Part shown: positions 62,701-64,000 of the stretch, piece after piece
Position numbering within the stretch: position 1 is the stretch's first letter
Layout of the letters: each line of letters begins with the position of its first letter
Source of the DNA: Gemmatimonas sp.
Lineage (GTDB): Bacteria > Gemmatimonadota > Gemmatimonadetes > Gemmatimonadales > Gemmatimonadaceae
Length of the DNA stretch: 64,000 nucleotides
Assembly: GCA_965279375.1 (NCBI GenBank)
Contig: OZ257156.1
Span: 2,688,001 to 2,752,000 of the forward strand
Direction: 5' to 3'
Position numbers and translations under genes: made by a program
Notes under the pieces: generated by a model
What the model saw: the letters and a program-made list of their open reading frames with translations, nothing else
Database searches by the model: none
What the model was told of the DNA's origin: nothing

Positions 62701-62895
62701 GAGATGAGCGGCATGGAGCTGATCGATCAGGTGCAGCGGCAGTGGCCCACGCTCCCGATCGTCGCCATCAGCGGATTTGCGGTCAACGCGAGTGTGCGAG
62801 ATGAACTCACCGCACGTCAGTTGATGTTCGTTGCCAAGCCCTTCACCAGCAGCATGCTCGGCGATGCCGTCGCCCGCGCCGTACAGGCGAGATAA
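59746..62895 (+). CDS. Multi-PAS hybrid sensor histidine kinase
   Basis: About 5 PAS repeats, H-box GGIAHDFNNLL, DTGVGM, FEPFF, C-terminal receiver (VVDDD, VTDLTMP, AKP); start uncertain. Confidence 0.93.
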   Translation: MTPPRDTLQQDHRPFYVTDSARLVTAPRTAEQSALLEVAFETTDSVKALLALDGTLLEANVRAQQLAAEPLDALVGRPLWEARGVRVLEGLSAWLQESCGHAAAGETSTRVSQPFHQADSERYMDLSMRLVEATPRTAAFVLLEGRDVTARVQSQHALEMRERNVRLLTDHMHELLYLVRIEAAGVYRCESVNPAYLAVTGMREDQVVGRTPEDVLPPDAAAFAIERYEAAIAAGEPITYREDVTLPTGRVVVETCLTPVRDVTGTITHLLGLARDVTAESAAETVVQAAEARFRAVAEAGLDAFVMVRAVRAADGSVSDFTVVDANTRAAKMAAVETSALSGASLLEAFPYSRDTGLWEECCTVLVTRNPLESTRFAPLPDRSDRWVQRLIVPIENGVAISSRDVTRQHTEQLALEASETRHRELFESNGAIQLLADAEDARILDVNPAAEQFYGWPRETMRSMLATDLEEISLEAWRARTGSLAVGTGERQLREHRVSSGEHRQLDTFTSLLRIAGRRAVHVIVQDVTDRVRAEAQLRESETRFRAVVSSMREGVVVHDATGAIRLCNPSAERILGLSDAQMRGLEPIDGPWLTTRGDGSPWPTDTHPAMLALQSGEVQPRTVMGVQVGELPPRWLSVSAAPLARAGDAKPYGSVAVFSDVTDEREAQERLQQAQKLEAVGQLAGGIAHDFNNLLTVIRGAAGFLGESLTADSPLLGDVRSIERATERAEELTRRLLAVGRRQLLQRVRVDLNDLLHERADALRSKELPGLSVQLELAATPVIALLDRTKLVDALNMVVENSIAAMPDGGTLTFGTAIEMRERQSAGSVKNVAEPFVVLRVTDTGVGMPEEVRQRLFEPFFSTQPFGTGRGIDLASVHGLVSQSKGFIECESEPGIGTTLRLYFPQGAPLREARVDPPRSGVVKPSRCVLVVDDDALIRDFAKRSLQKLGYPVLTAESGADALAMLAASGSVIATLVTDLTMPEMSGMELIDQVQRQWPTLPIVAISGFAVNASVRDELTARQLMFVAKPFTSSMLGDAVARAVQAR

Positions 62896-62952
62896 CCGAC
62901 GCGCGCCGCAGCGCTGTCGCTGCGGCGTTGTACAGGTCGGGGTGGCGCTGGC

Positions 62953-63564
62953 CTAGAGCAGCTGTTGCTGCGCGGCGTCGCGGCGCGGTACGACGTGGCA
63001 TGCACGGCAGCGCGCTTCGTACGCGTCGGCCGCGCCCACCATGATGGTGGGCGAATCGTACGGCGCGGGCTTCCCGCCAATCAGGCGCTGATTGCGGCTC
63101 GCAGGTGAGCCGCACATGACGCAGATCGCGTGCAGCTTGTCCACGACTTCGGCCACCGCCATGAGCTGCGGCATCGCGCCGAACGGCTCGCCGCGGAAAT
63201 CCGAATCGATGCCGGCGAGAATCACGCGCCGGCCGCGATCCGCCAGCGTGGTGGCCACGCCGACGATGCCCGCGTCGAGAAACTGCGCCTCGTCGATGGC
63301 GATCACCTGCGCCATCGGATCGAGACGCAGCATGATCTGCGCGGCGGTGTCGACCGGAACGGCATCGTACGCGCGCCGGTCGTGGCTCGAGACCGCCCAC
63401 GCACCAGCGTAGCGGTCATCGAGATGCGACTTGAATACCTGCACCTTCTTGCGGGCGATGGTGGCCCGGCGAATGCGACGCAGCAACTCTTCCGTCTTGC
63501 CGCTGAACATCGACCCCGCAATGACCTCCATCCACCCGCCTGACGTCTGGAAGGCGCCGCTCAT
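62953..63564 (-). CDS. tdk: Thymidine kinase
   Basis: [21 protein letters not shown]...YEARCRAC. Confidence 0.97.
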   Translation of the reverse strand: MSGAFQTSGGWMEVIAGSMFSGKTEELLRRIRRATIARKKVQVFKSHLDDRYAGAWAVSSHDRRAYDAVPVDTAAQIMLRLDPMAQVIAIDEAQFLDAGIVGVATTLADRGRRVILAGIDSDFRGEPFGAMPQLMAVAEVVDKLHAICVMCGSPASRNQRLIGGKPAPYDSPTIMVGAADAYEARCRACHVVPRRDAAQQQLL

Positions 63565-63567
63565 GCG

Positions 63568-64000
63568 TTACCCCTCGGCGTCGGTTTCCGGGGCGATCAC
63601 GCGCGGCGGACGCTTGGCGTGCTGCATGCGCTCGGCGCGTTCCGACCACTCCGCCTTTCCTTCGGCGCGCTCACGCACCGGGCGGTCGCCAAAGGCGAGA
63701 CGCGCCTCATCCGCACGCACGGGGCCACGTCCGGCGCCGCCACGCGGCGGTCCCGAACGCGGACCACGATCTCCACCGCGCTCGCCGCCGCGGTCAGGGC
63801 CACGGCTGGCACCGCGTTCGCCGCGATCGTCGCGTCCACCTTCGCGGGGTGTCCACTCACGCGGGCCGCTGCTGCGCGGCGCACGCTCACCACGCTCCCC
63901 ACGGTCGCTGCGATCGAAGCTGCGCACCGGACGATCGCCACCACGCGCACTGCCAGACCGATCGCCGCGATCGCCACGATCCGCGCGCGGCGGACCGAAC
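63568..64000 (-). CDS. Partial CDS: Arg/Gly/Asp-rich C-terminal tail of a gene starting beyond the window
   Basis: Frame is open to the window edge (...RGDRGDRSG...RGPDRGGERGGDRGPRSGPPRGG...); family not identifiable. Confidence 0.6.
   Translation of the reverse strand, partial: FGPPRADRGDRGDRSGSARGGDRPVRSFDRSDRGERGERAPRSSGPREWTPREGGRDDRGERGASRGPDRGGERGGDRGPRSGPPRGGAGRGPVRADEARLAFGDRPVRERAEGKAEWSERAERMQHAKRPPRVIAPETDAEG

Overview
GC-rich bacterial chromosomal window. Gene content and protein style suggest Gemmatimonadota (inference). It is mostly housekeeping: metG, a PSP1/RicT protein, accA, dnaE, a UvrD helicase, lipA-pdhABC-lpdA-lipB, an Opp/Dpp ABC transporter plus a POT transporter, a LipM-type ligase, gcvP/gcvH, coaE, tdk and a two-component pair. 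Envelope loci are interspersed: TPM-NTase-LemA, a four-gene minor-pilin operon, three large Ig-like lipoproteins including a probable S-layer-like protein, and a PspA-like/Omp85-like pair. The most unusual structure is at about 15447-16456. There a stand-alone four-helix-bundle (IVP/Avd-like) gene sits between two ~94%-identical ~220-nt direct repeats. Each repeat folds into a long rod-like hairpin, the copies differ by a compensatory base-pair change, and 27-bp tandem units and inverted termini are present. No rRNA, tRNA, CRISPR array, transposase or integrase was recognised. All calls were made by eye, and many start codons were moved from the ORF track.
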